From Planctomycetota bacterium (GTDB lineage: Bacteria > Planctomycetota > UBA1135 > UBA2386), in contig JBFXDD010000002.1 of NCBI GenBank assembly GCA_050181465.1, forward strand, positions 117,320 to 181,319: a stretch of DNA of 64,000 nt. Direction: 5' to 3'. The notes under the pieces are model-generated. The model had not been told where the DNA came from. It worked only from the letters and a program-made list of their open reading frames with translations, and made no database searches. This document shows, piece by piece, positions 19,196 through 28,533 of this stretch. A program made the position numbers and the translations under genes. The stretch's first letter is position 1. Every line of letters begins with the position of its first letter.

Positions 19196-19225
19196 TTGTC
19201 CACGTTTCTCCACGCGTTCTCCACA
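19196..19225 (+). promoter_or_regulatory. three tandem DnaA-box-like 9-mers upstream of dnaB
   Basis: The boxes are TTGTCCACG (19196-19204), TTCTCCACG (19206-19214) and TTCTCCACA (19217-19225), compared with the consensus TTATCCACA. All three are on the same strand, with starts 10 and 11 bp apart. Confidence 0.35.
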
Positions 19226-19374
19226 GCGCCGAACGCGACGCCGAGACTCGTGAGCCCCGCGCACGAGCAAGCGAACGTCGAAGGCTTGGAGACCGCGCAG
19301 CGCTTTTGGCAAGATGCGCGGCCCGCGCGCGTGCGCGGCGATCGTGATCGATGAACCCAACGTCGGGAGGGCAG

Positions 19375-20730
19375 ATGGTCGACTTCGGACCAGCCAGTGA
19401 AGCGCGCGGGCGACCGCGAAACATCGAAGCCGAGCGCTCGGTGCTCGGTTCTCTCCTCCTCGACCAGGCGGCGATCGCGGACGTGGGTGCGCTTCTGCGT
19501 CCCGACGACTTCTGGGTCCCCAAGCATCGGCTGTTGTTCCAGGCGATCCTGCAGGTCTTCGAGGGCAAGGGGCAGGTCGATGTGCTCACCGTCGAGGAAG
19601 TGCTGTCGCGCGAAGGCGTGCTCGAAGAAGTCGGCGGTCGCGATGAGTTGTTCGCGCTGCTCCACAGCGTCGTGTCCGCCGCCGGCGTGAGCTATCACGC
19701 GGAAATCGTTCGAGAGAAGGCGATCCAGCGCAAGCTGCTGGAGACCTGCGAGGAGATCGCGGAACGCGCGTATCGGAACCTCGCCGAGCCGCGAGAGCTT
19801 CTCGACTTCGCCGAGGAGCAGATCTTCCGCATCGCGCGCATGGACGCGACCGGTCAGATCCAGAGCGTCGATCAACTGGTCCAGAAGGTCTTCGAACGGA
19901 TCGACTTCTTCCGCTCGAACAAGGGGCAGGCCACCGGACTGATGACCGGCTACCGCGACCTCGACGAGATGACCGGAGGCTTGCAGCCCGGTGAGCTCGT
20001 GATCGTGGCGGCACGCCCTTCCATGGGGAAGACCACATTCGCTCTCAATCTGTGTGAACGCATCGCGCTGAGCGGGAAGGGCGTGTTGATCTTCAGTCTC
20101 GAAATGTCGTCGCAGCAGATCATCTCCAACATGCTGTGCTGTCGCGCGCAGGTGAACGGCCAGGCGATGCGTCGCGGCCGCATCACCGAAGAGGAATACG
20201 AGAGGCTCCAGCATCACGCCGCGAAGCTCTACGAGGCGCCCATCTACGTCGACGACGGTGGCGGTCTCACGCCCGCGACCCTTCGATCGAAGTGTCGCCG
20301 TCACCGCCAGCAAGGCAATCCGCTCGCCTTGGTGGTCGTGGATTACCTCCAGCTCATGCACGGCGGGCAACGTATCGAGAGCCGCCAGCAGGAGATCGCG
20401 CACATCTCACGGTCGATGAAGGCGCTCGCTCGCGAACTCGAGATCCCGGTGATCGCCCTCTCGCAGCTCAACCGCGATGTAGAAGGTCGTGAGGACCACC
20501 GCCCCCGCATGAGCGATCTGCGCGAATCGGGCGCGATCGAGCAGGACGCTGACGTGATCGCGCTGTTGCACCGCGAGGACTACTACAAGCCGACCGAAGA
20601 GAATCGCGGGCTCGCACAACTCATCGTCGCGAAGCAGCGCAACGGCCCGACCGGGGACGTGACGCTGCAGTTCTTCCGTGAATACATGCGATTCGAGAAC
20701 TTCGCCGGCAAGGTGGAGCCGCTCGCGTGA
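19375..20730 (+). CDS. dnaB: replicative DNA helicase DnaB
   Basis: The N-terminal motif AERSVLGSLLLDQ and Walker A AARPSMGKTTFALN are present, along with the RecA-like C-domain segments LVVVDYLQLM and SQLNRDVEGR. GGGAGGG lies 4 nt before the ATG at 19375. The ORF track starts at 19351. Confidence 0.9.
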   Translation: MVDFGPASEARGRPRNIEAERSVLGSLLLDQAAIADVGALLRPDDFWVPKHRLLFQAILQVFEGKGQVDVLTVEEVLSREGVLEEVGGRDELFALLHSVVSAAGVSYHAEIVREKAIQRKLLETCEEIAERAYRNLAEPRELLDFAEEQIFRIARMDATGQIQSVDQLVQKVFERIDFFRSNKGQATGLMTGYRDLDEMTGGLQPGELVIVAARPSMGKTTFALNLCERIALSGKGVLIFSLEMSSQQIISNMLCCRAQVNGQAMRRGRITEEEYERLQHHAAKLYEAPIYVDDGGGLTPATLRSKCRRHRQQGNPLALVVVDYLQLMHGGQRIESRQQEIAHISRSMKALARELEIPVIALSQLNRDVEGREDHRPRMSDLRESGAIEQDADVIALLHREDYYKPTEENRGLAQLIVAKQRNGPTGDVTLQFFREYMRFENFAGKVEPLA

Positions 20731-23249
20731 CGTGCTCGACGAGTCGGCCGGACCGTCGTGCGACGTCGATCCGCTTCAGCGCCCTTCCACTGGTGCTGGT
20801 GGCGCTGACGTGGCTGCTCGGCGCGTCTGGATCGCTTCGGGCCCAGCAGGAGCGCGATCCATCCGAGGGCAAACCGATCGTCGAGATCTTCGTCGAGCCC
20901 AAGGATCAAGCCGAGCTCGTGGTTCGATTGCTTCGAACGCGCGTCGGGCAGCCGCTTCGCCTCGCCGACGTCAAGGAGGACGAGGAGATGCTCTGGCGAC
21001 GTCTCAAGCTGACGACGCGCGTCGACGTCCAGGATGTCGCCAACGGGGTCAATCTCTACTTCGTGCTCCTCGACGCCCAGGGATTCGACAGCTACGAGAT
21101 CCACGGGCTGCGCGAACTCTCCGATCGTGAGGTGCGGACCTTGCTCGGACTCGAAGTGCGGCAGCGCATGAACCGACGAGCCGCCGACCAATACGCCGCC
21201 ACACTCACGGAGCGCTACAAGCGAAAGGGCTACGCCTTCGTGCAGGTCCGGATCCAGGAGGATGCCGAGGCCAGCGTGCTGCACTTCTGGGTGGATGAGG
21301 GTCCGAAGGTCCGAGTCGACGAGGTGCGGTTTCTCGGCAACGAATCGTTTCCGGGTTGGATCGCGCTCGGCATGGCCGACAACGTGAGCGGCAGCTCGAA
21401 GATGCAGATGACTCAGGCAACGGCGGTGCCGTTCCTGATCCCAGGCGCCGAGTATTCCGAGGAGATCCTCGACGAGGATCTCGATCGCCTGCGCGTCTGG
21501 TATCGCCAGCGCGGCTTTCGTGATGCACGCGTGGAGCTGGTGAGCACCGACTTCCAGCCGGATCGATCGCGTGTCGATCTGACGATCCGAATCATCGAGG
21601 GTCGCCGATACAAGATCGCCAGCGTGGACTTGCTCCAGATTCCGTCAGGTGGCGAGGAGCCCAGATATCCGAAGGCGGAGATCCTCGAGAAGGTCAAGAC
21701 AGCACCTGGACAGTTCTACGAGTGGTTGCAGATCGACCTCGACAATCTTGCGATCGCTCGGTTCTACGGTGAGCGCGGTCACCCCCGCGAGGGGCAGTAT
21801 GGGCGTGCGATCCCGGACGCCTTCCGAATCGAAGATCCGGCGGAGCGGTTCGATGTCGACCGCGCCGAGGTGCACCTGACCTACGTCGTGCGGGAAGGTT
21901 CACCGAAGGTCTTGCGTGCCGTGCAGGTTCGAGGAAACGCGCAGACTCAGTCCCGCGTCGTCCTCCGCAAGATCTTCCAGATGCCGGGCCAGAAGCTCGA
22001 TCTCACGGAACTGGAGCGCTCGCAAGGGTCGCTCGATGCGCTGCGCTACTTCTCGAACGCCCAAGGCTTCGGGGGTACGCGGTTCGAGCTGCTGCCGGTC
22101 GAGGGCAGCACGGATCAGGTGGATCTCGCCGTCGAGGTCGAGGAAGGCGATACCGGCCAGTTGCTCTGGGGTGGTGGTGTCAGCTCGTTCAACGTGCAGG
22201 CGCGAGTCAACTTCGTGAAGCGCAACTTCGACATCACGAAGCCACCGTCGTCATGGAACCCCGTCGACTGGTTCACCGAGATCGGCAACAACCAGGCCTT
22301 CCACGGTGCCGGCCAGGAGCTCAACATCCTGCTGTCGCCGGGAACGCAGGTCAGCTTGTTCGACATCTCGTTCTACGAGCCCGATCTGTTCCGAACGCAC
22401 ATGGACACCATCGGGTTGCGCGTCGATGCCTACCGGCGACTGGTGTTGCTCGACTCCTTCCGCTCCGACTCCTTCGGGATCGACGTCGGCCTGTCGCGCC
22501 AGTTCACGGAGAACTTCTCGGTCGGCCTCTCGGTTCGCGAGGAATCCGTGCGGATCCGCGACATCCAGGCCAACGCTCCGGGAATCGTGTTCGATGCGGA
22601 GGGCACCAACGAGATCCGCGGGTTCAGCCTCAACTCGACGCTGACGGACCTGGACTATCCACTCGAGCCGACGCACGGCTACCGACTCAATGCCACCGGC
22701 GAGTTCGCCGGCGGCTTCATCGGCGGCGACGAGAGCTTCGTGAAGTTCGGCTTGTCGCACACGCAGTTCTTCCGGCTGTGGCGGGATGCGCGAGAGCGAT
22801 CGCACGTCCTTCGATGGCGGAGTTCGTTCGACTGGGGCCAGGGCTTCGGTGACTCGGATGACCTGTTCATCACCGAGCGCTTCTACATGGGCGGCGCCAA
22901 CTTGCGTGGCTTCGATCAACGCCGCGCCGGACCCTTCCAGTTCGGGCGACCGGTCGGCGGCGAGGCGCGGCTCTTGTCGAGCCTGGAGTACCGCTTCCCG
23001 ATCTTTTCGACGCGTCGCCAGGGCCAGTTGCGCGAGACCGAGGTCCTGCGCGGTCATCTGTTCGCCGACTTCGGAATGCTCGGGCTTTCGCTCGACGACC
23101 TCGGTTCGCCTCGCTTGTCGCTCGGTGTCGGGATTCGGTTCCTCACGCCGATGCTCAATGCCCCCCTGGAGTTCAACGTCGGTTGGCCGGTGTCGTCGGA
23201 AGATGCCGACGAGATGCGGCAGTTCTTCTTCAGCATCTCGCGCAACTGA
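20727..23249 (+). CDS. bamA: outer-membrane protein assembly factor BamA (POTRA repeats + Omp85 barrel)
   Basis: A signal-like segment ALPLVLVALTWLLGASGSLRAQQ is present. POTRA-like repeats are visible (IVEIFVEPKD..., VRVDEVRFLGNESF, YKIASVDLLQ, LRAVQVRGNAQTQ). The C-terminal barrel has FYMGGANLRGF and ends ...FFFSISRN. The GTG start overlaps the dnaB stop (GTGA), and the true start is uncertain. Confidence 0.85.
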   Translation: MTCSTSRPDRRATSIRFSALPLVLVALTWLLGASGSLRAQQERDPSEGKPIVEIFVEPKDQAELVVRLLRTRVGQPLRLADVKEDEEMLWRRLKLTTRVDVQDVANGVNLYFVLLDAQGFDSYEIHGLRELSDREVRTLLGLEVRQRMNRRAADQYAATLTERYKRKGYAFVQVRIQEDAEASVLHFWVDEGPKVRVDEVRFLGNESFPGWIALGMADNVSGSSKMQMTQATAVPFLIPGAEYSEEILDEDLDRLRVWYRQRGFRDARVELVSTDFQPDRSRVDLTIRIIEGRRYKIASVDLLQIPSGGEEPRYPKAEILEKVKTAPGQFYEWLQIDLDNLAIARFYGERGHPREGQYGRAIPDAFRIEDPAERFDVDRAEVHLTYVVREGSPKVLRAVQVRGNAQTQSRVVLRKIFQMPGQKLDLTELERSQGSLDALRYFSNAQGFGGTRFELLPVEGSTDQVDLAVEVEEGDTGQLLWGGGVSSFNVQARVNFVKRNFDITKPPSSWNPVDWFTEIGNNQAFHGAGQELNILLSPGTQVSLFDISFYEPDLFRTHMDTIGLRVDAYRRLVLLDSFRSDSFGIDVGLSRQFTENFSVGLSVREESVRIRDIQANAPGIVFDAEGTNEIRGFSLNSTLTDLDYPLEPTHGYRLNATGEFAGGFIGGDESFVKFGLSHTQFFRLWRDARERSHVLRWRSSFDWGQGFGDSDDLFITERFYMGGANLRGFDQRRAGPFQFGRPVGGEARLLSSLEYRFPIFSTRRQGQLRETEVLRGHLFADFGMLGLSLDDLGSPRLSLGVGIRFLTPMLNAPLEFNVGWPVSSEDADEMRQFFFSISRN

Positions 23250-23300
23250 GAATCGACTCGACCGACGCGAGCCGAGCGCATTCTCTCAGCCCATCCGTCC

Positions 23301-24860
23301 ATGGTTCGTTCGAAGTCCAAGTCGAAGGTCGTCGCTCTCGGTGAGACCGGGTTGTCGCTGTCGCAGTGGGTTGCACTCGGTGAGGACCAGAGCCGCATCG
23401 CGGTTCGCCCGGCGGCGCGGCGAAGAATCGCAGCGTCACGGCGCGTCGTCGTGGAGCGCGCGGCGAGCGGCGACGCCGTCTACGGTGTGAACACCGGATT
23501 CGGCAAGCTCGCGAGCGTGAAGATCGCGAGCGAGGATCTCTCGACCCTGCAGCGGAATCTCTTGCTGTCGCATGCCACGGGGGTGGGAGCGCCGCTGCCG
23601 CGGAACGTCGCGCGGATCGCGTTCGCGCTACGGATCCATGCGCTCGCGCGCGGCTTCTCCGGCGTGCGCGTCGAGTTGATCGAAGCGATGCTGGACCTGT
23701 TCAACGCCGGTCTGACACCGGTCGTGCCGAGCCAGGGTTCGGTCGGGGCATCCGGCGATCTCGCGCCACTGGCCCACATGGCGTTGCCGCTCCTGGGGGA
23801 GGGTGATTGCGACGACGGCCGTCGCATCCTCACGGGCGCGGAGGCGTTGCGCAAAGTGGGAAGGCAGCCGATCCAACTCGCCGAGAAGGAGGGGCTGGCA
23901 CTCATCAACGGCACGCAGATCATGACGGCCATCGGGATCGTGGCCACGAACCTCGCGGAGGAATTGGCGCGCGTTGCCGACATCTGCTGTGCGTCGACCA
24001 TCGAGGCTCTGCGCGCGTCGGCGCGACCCTTCCTGGAGCAGGTGCACCGGCTGCGGCCGCATCCTGGACAGCTCGCGACCGCATCGAACGTCTCTTCGCT
24101 GTTGCGTGGATCCAAGATCCTCCCGAGCCACGTCGATTGTGCGAAGGTGCAGGATGCCTACTCGATGCGCTGTGCACCGCAGGTGCATGGAGCGGCGAAG
24201 GACGGCATCGCGTATGCGCGGAGGGTCGTGCTGACCGAGGCGCACGCGGTCACCGACAATCCGCTGGTCTTTCCGGATGGCGAGACGGTGTCGGCCGGCA
24301 ACTTTCACGGGCAGCCGGTCAGCCAGGCGATGGACTACCTCAAGATCGCGGTGGCCACGCTCGCGAACATCAGCGAGCGACGGATCGAGAACTTGGTCAA
24401 CCCCGACATCTCGGGGCTGCCGCCGTTTCTCGCGAAGGACCCCGGCCTCGAGAGTGGGATGATGATCGCCCAAGTCGCTGCGGCGGCCCTCGCATCGGAG
24501 AACAAGACGCTGGCGCATCCCGCGAGCGTCGACACGATACCGACCTCGGCGAATCGCGAAGACCATGTCTCGATGGGGGTCACCGCAGCGAGACACGCGA
24601 TGCTCGTCCTCGAGAACACCGCCAATGTGCTGGCGATCGAATGGATCGCCGCCGCGGTTGCTCTCGATGCCGGCGAGCCGCTTCGTCCTGGCAAGGGCGT
24701 AGCGGCTGCGCATGCGTGTCTTCGCGAAGTGGTCGCGCCCCTTGGGGCAGATCGAGTACTGGCCACGGACATCCACAAAGCGCGTGCACGCATCGTGAAC
24801 GGCGAGCTCTCGGCTCGCGTGGAGAGGGCCGTCGGAAGGCTCGACCCGACTTCCGACTGA
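23301..24860 (+). CDS. hutH: histidine ammonia-lyase
   Basis: The MIO-forming motif GSVGASGDLAPLAH is present. YGVNTGFGKLA and the overall length of 519 aa are typical for HutH. Confidence 0.92.
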   Translation: MVRSKSKSKVVALGETGLSLSQWVALGEDQSRIAVRPAARRRIAASRRVVVERAASGDAVYGVNTGFGKLASVKIASEDLSTLQRNLLLSHATGVGAPLPRNVARIAFALRIHALARGFSGVRVELIEAMLDLFNAGLTPVVPSQGSVGASGDLAPLAHMALPLLGEGDCDDGRRILTGAEALRKVGRQPIQLAEKEGLALINGTQIMTAIGIVATNLAEELARVADICCASTIEALRASARPFLEQVHRLRPHPGQLATASNVSSLLRGSKILPSHVDCAKVQDAYSMRCAPQVHGAAKDGIAYARRVVLTEAHAVTDNPLVFPDGETVSAGNFHGQPVSQAMDYLKIAVATLANISERRIENLVNPDISGLPPFLAKDPGLESGMMIAQVAAAALASENKTLAHPASVDTIPTSANREDHVSMGVTAARHAMLVLENTANVLAIEWIAAAVALDAGEPLRPGKGVAAAHACLREVVAPLGADRVLATDIHKARARIVNGELSARVERAVGRLDPTSD

Positions 24861-24885
24861 AACCTCGCCGCGCGCGTTCTCTTCC

Positions 24886-25066
24886 AGCCCGGATGATTCG
24901 CGAACGCCTGCGGCGATCGCCGCAACTCGATGTCCCTCTGCGTCGCTACGTCGGCTCCTCCTCGGGAGCGTAGCGACGGCTACGCTTGGGTCGTCGCCCG
25001 GATCAGCTCCTTGCCGGGCATCGACCTGCGCTGATCTCGAGACGACGTCCACGAACAATCCGGGCT
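24886..25066 (+). repeat. copy A of a ~180-bp element with terminal inverted repeats (MITE/Correia-like), lying between hutH and hutU
   Basis: The 5' arm AGCCCGGATGATTCGCGAACG matches the reverse complement of the 3' arm, AGCCCGGATTGTTCGTGGACG. A perfect internal palindrome GCGGCGATCGCCGC lies at 24910-24923. A central 10-bp stem pairs CGTCGCTACG (24941-50) with CGTAGCGACG (24969-78). The copy is collinear with copies B and C. Confidence 0.8.
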
Positions 25067-25091
25067 GGCTTGGGCTACATTGCGCGGCGGC

Positions 25092-26750
25092 ATGACGACT
25101 ACGGCCTCCTCGTTTCGCGCCGCCCGCGGCAACCGGCTGACCTGCGCCAACTGGCAGATCGAAGCTGCGTGGCGCATGTTGATGAACAATCTGGATGCCG
25201 AGGTCGCCGAGGATCCGGCTCGACTCGTGGTCTATGGCGGTTCCGGTCGCGCTGCTCGCAGTCATGAGGCGCTCGAGGGCATCGTGGCGACCCTGAAGCG
25301 GCTGCGACCCGACGAGACCATGCTCGTGCAGTCGGGGAAGTGCGTGGGGGTCTTCCGAACTCACGAGAACGCACCGCGTGTGCTGCTCGCCAACGGCAAC
25401 CTGGTTGGCGATTGGGCCAACTGGGACGAGTTCCGGCGTCTCGAAGCTCTCGGTCTCGTGATGTACGGGCAGATGACCGCCGGGAGTTGGATCTACATCG
25501 GCAGTCAAGGCATCGTTCAGGGCACCTACGAGACCTTCGCGGCGTGCGGCCGAGCCCACTTCGGCGGCGATCTGCGCGGGCGCCTCGTAGTCACGGCCGG
25601 GCTCGGCGGGATGGGTGGTGCTCAACCGCTCGCGGCGACGCTGGCCGGCGCGACCTTCCTGGCGGCAGACGTCGACGTGACGCGCATCGAGAAGCGCCTC
25701 CAGACTCGATACCTCGACGTACTCGCGCCCGACATCGATCGAGCGATCGAACTGGCGTTCCGTAAGCGCGAGGCACGCGAGCCGGTCTCCATCGGTGTGG
25801 TCGCCAATGCCACCGAGTTGCTCGCCGCACTCGTGGCGAAGGGACTCGTTCCCGACGTGCTCACCGACCAGACCAGCGCGCACGACATGCTCAACGGCTA
25901 CGTGCCTGACGGCATGTCGTTGTCGGCGGCACTCGATCTGCGCGAGCGTGATCCGGCCGCCTACGTCGCGGCGGCGCGACGCACGGCGGTCGAGCACGTG
26001 CGACGGATGCGGCAACTGCAGGATCTCGGTGCAATCACGTTCGACTACGGCAACAACATCCGCACGGAGGCCCGCGACGGCGGAGTGGTCGACGCGTTCC
26101 AGATCGAGGGCTTCGTGCCCAAGTACATCCGGCCGCAGTTCTGCGAGGGCCGAGGCCCCTTCCGCTGGGTTGCGCTCAGCGGTGATCCGGCGGACATCGC
26201 ACGGACCGATCGCCTCGCGCTCGAGATGTTCCCCTCCGATCGCTCCCTCGCGACCTGGATCCGCGCGGCCGGCGAGCGCATCGCATTCCAGGGACTTCCG
26301 GCGCGCATCTGCTGGCTCGGCTACGGCGAGCGTCACCGCTTCGCTCTCGCCGTCAACGAACTCGTGCACCGCGGTGAGATCAGCGCGCCGATCGTGTTCG
26401 GCCGCGACCACCTCGATTGCGGGTCGGTCGCGTCGCCCTATCGGGAGACCGAGGCCATGGCGGATGGTTCGGATGCCGTCGCGGATTGGCCCTTGCTGAA
26501 CGCGATGCTCAACGTCGCCGCGGGCGCCAGTTGGGTTTCCATCCACCATGGCGGCGGCGTCGGAATGGGGAAGTCCATCCACGCCGGGCAGGTCACGGTG
26601 GCCGACGGCACGCCGGAGGCTGCGGCTCGCTTGGAACGAGTTCTGCTGGCGGACCCGGGGATCGGCGTCGCGCGCCATGCGGACGCCGGCTACGAGCGTG
26701 CCCTGGAGATCGCTCGACAACGCGGGGTCGACCTCGGCGGCGCGCGTTGA
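25092..26750 (+). CDS. hutU: urocanate hydratase
   Basis: [32 protein letters not shown]...[17 protein letters not shown] matches the conserved urocanase N-terminus, and the length is about 550 aa. The ATG at 25092 is preferred over the TTG at 25080. Confidence 0.92.
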   Translation: MTTTASSFRAARGNRLTCANWQIEAAWRMLMNNLDAEVAEDPARLVVYGGSGRAARSHEALEGIVATLKRLRPDETMLVQSGKCVGVFRTHENAPRVLLANGNLVGDWANWDEFRRLEALGLVMYGQMTAGSWIYIGSQGIVQGTYETFAACGRAHFGGDLRGRLVVTAGLGGMGGAQPLAATLAGATFLAADVDVTRIEKRLQTRYLDVLAPDIDRAIELAFRKREAREPVSIGVVANATELLAALVAKGLVPDVLTDQTSAHDMLNGYVPDGMSLSAALDLRERDPAAYVAAARRTAVEHVRRMRQLQDLGAITFDYGNNIRTEARDGGVVDAFQIEGFVPKYIRPQFCEGRGPFRWVALSGDPADIARTDRLALEMFPSDRSLATWIRAAGERIAFQGLPARICWLGYGERHRFALAVNELVHRGEISAPIVFGRDHLDCGSVASPYRETEAMADGSDAVADWPLLNAMLNVAAGASWVSIHHGGGVGMGKSIHAGQVTVADGTPEAAARLERVLLADPGIGVARHADAGYERALEIARQRGVDLGGAR

Positions 26751-27017
26751 GCCGGATCAGCACAGTTGCCGGCGGTGTAGCGAGACACGACACCACCGGA
26801 CCGCTCGGCGTGGCCTCTGCCCCCCTTGCAAAGGGTGTTTCGGCGGGGTGTTGTGGCGTCCGGCTCGACTGCCGCCGTGACGATCTCAGGCGGAGCCGCC
26901 GGGCCGTCGATATCGAATGAGAGACTGCGGCGCCGATGGCCCGCAGCGGCTCTGCAACGAGGCCCAGTGACCCGATTCCGCAGCCAAGACGACCAAGTTC
27001 CCGAACCGGCCAAGCCG

Positions 27018-27737
27018 ATGGCGGAGGACATGCTCGTGCTCGTCGACCGTCAGGTCGATCCGTACGTCGTCGCCTTCCACGATCCGACCTCGTATCGGGC
27101 GGAGCAGTTCCGCGGGTTGCGCAACCAGCTCATGGCCCTCAATCCGGACGGGTCACCAAAGAGCCTGGTCGTCACCTCGGCGATCAAGGGCGAGGGCAAG
27201 ACGATCACCTCGACCAACCTCGCGCTGACCTTCGCCGAACTCGAGCGTCACCCGGTCATCTTGATCGACGCCGATCTGCGGGACCCTTCCGTCGAGGGCT
27301 ACCTGGGACTCGAGCGCGGAGTCGGGCTGGCTGACGTCCTGGTCGAGCGTGTGCGCCTCCAGTCGGCGATCCGCGACACGGGGATGCGCGGTCTTCACGT
27401 TCTCGGCGCCGGCTCGGCGCTGGCGACTCCCTCGGAGATTCTCACCTCGCCGCGCATCGACGACCTGATTCGCCGGCTGAAGGAGCAGTACAGCTACGTG
27501 ATCATCGACACGCCGCCGGTGCTCCCGGCGACGGATGCCAGCGTGATCGCCGCGAGGGCCGACGGCACGCTCCTAGCCGTGCGTCTCGAGTACTCCGCCA
27601 AGACGCTGACGAAGGAGGCGATTCGCAATCTCAAGGATCTCGGAGCCAACGTGCTCGGCATCTTCATCACCGAGGTGCGCGGCGCGGATCCGGATAGCGA
27701 CCCGCGGTTCTCCTATCGCTCGCGGAGAGAGAGCTGA
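27018..27737 (+). CDS. CapB/CpsD-type BY-kinase-like P-loop ATPase (cytoplasmic domain only, no C-terminal tyrosine cluster)
   Basis: The N-terminal EQFRGLRNQL motif is present, as are Walker A SAIKGEGKT, Walker A' VILIDADLR and Walker B YVIIDTPP. The tail ...DPRFSYRSRRES has a single Tyr. The internal ATG at 27018 is used. Confidence 0.8.
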   Translation: MAEDMLVLVDRQVDPYVVAFHDPTSYRAEQFRGLRNQLMALNPDGSPKSLVVTSAIKGEGKTITSTNLALTFAELERHPVILIDADLRDPSVEGYLGLERGVGLADVLVERVRLQSAIRDTGMRGLHVLGAGSALATPSEILTSPRIDDLIRRLKEQYSYVIIDTPPVLPATDASVIAARADGTLLAVRLEYSAKTLTKEAIRNLKDLGANVLGIFITEVRGADPDSDPRFSYRSRRES

Positions 27738-27745
27738 GGGGCCCG

Positions 27746-28507
27746 GTGGGAGGGTTCCGCAAGGCGCTGGCCGAGGCCGTCCAGAAGCTCGCGACCAAGA
27801 CATCGGTCGACCAGCTCAAGCGACAGGGCGTGCGAGAGGTCAATGTCGTCGGATTGGATCGCATCGCGCAGTTCGTCGACGAAGCGGTCCATCGCAGTCT
27901 GCGGGACAAGCTCTTGCTGGGCGAGCGGGAAGCCATCGCCGACGCGACTCGTGCCGAGTTCCTCAAACTCATTCGCAGTAATGAGGAGCTGAAGCAGCGC
28001 AACGACCGCGCCAGCGAGGAAGTCGACGGCCTGCGTCGACAGATCCAGCAGTTGCGTCAGGAACTCGAGGGCAAGCTCGACAGCGCGCATCGCGAGGTGC
28101 GACCGAACTGGGAGCGTGAAGACCTCGGTATCGCAGAGACGGTTCGCGCGGTAGTTGCCGATGCGTTGAAACAGCGAACTCCCGGCAAGGGGTTGGAGCA
28201 GCGCGTCCTCGAGGTCGTGATGAGCCTCGTTGGCGAGGAGCGGCGCGCCACCTTGGAGGCCAAGGCCGCGGCTCGCGATCAGGAGGTCGACCTTCTGAAG
28301 CGGAGGATCTCGAAGCTCAACGAATCGTTGAGCGAGGCCGAGTCGCGGCTGGGCGTGATGGCTTCCGCGAAATCGGCCGACGACGGCATCGCATCGATCT
28401 ACCGCGAGGTCCAAGGCCTGGCGCCGGGAATCGGCGATCGTGAACGCAAACGAGAGTTGATGGCGGGCATCTTTGCTGCCAACCTCGCTCTCCAGAAGAA
28501 GACTTGA
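27746..28507 (+). CDS. coiled-coil protein, unknown function
   Basis: A GTG start lies 8 nt after the upstream stop, preceded by GAGGGG. Heptad-rich segments are present (EELKQRNDRASEEVDGLRRQIQQLRQELEGKLD; DQEVDLLKRRISKLNESLSEAESRL). There are no TM segments and no recognised domain. Confidence 0.6.
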   Translation: MGGFRKALAEAVQKLATKTSVDQLKRQGVREVNVVGLDRIAQFVDEAVHRSLRDKLLLGEREAIADATRAEFLKLIRSNEELKQRNDRASEEVDGLRRQIQQLRQELEGKLDSAHREVRPNWEREDLGIAETVRAVVADALKQRTPGKGLEQRVLEVVMSLVGEERRATLEAKAAARDQEVDLLKRRISKLNESLSEAESRLGVMASAKSADDGIASIYREVQGLAPGIGDRERKRELMAGIFAANLALQKKT

Positions 28508-28533
28508 ACGGAATCAGTGCGGAAGGGAGCAAC

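Noticed and set aside
19175-19374. Possible replication origin (oriC), given the DnaA-box-like triplet next to dnaB.
   Set aside because: No AT-rich unwinding element or additional box cluster is visible in the roughly 200-bp spacer. I report it only as a putative DnaA-binding regulatory array.
23628-26720. A 1030-aa minus-strand ORF spanning hutH, the intergenic repeat and hutU.
   Set aside because: It lies antisense to two genes with unmistakable catalytic motifs. Its composition is Arg/Gly/Ala/Asp/Val-rich low complexity with no recognisable motif. Long stop-free antisense frames are expected when the sense-strand third codon position is almost always G or C.
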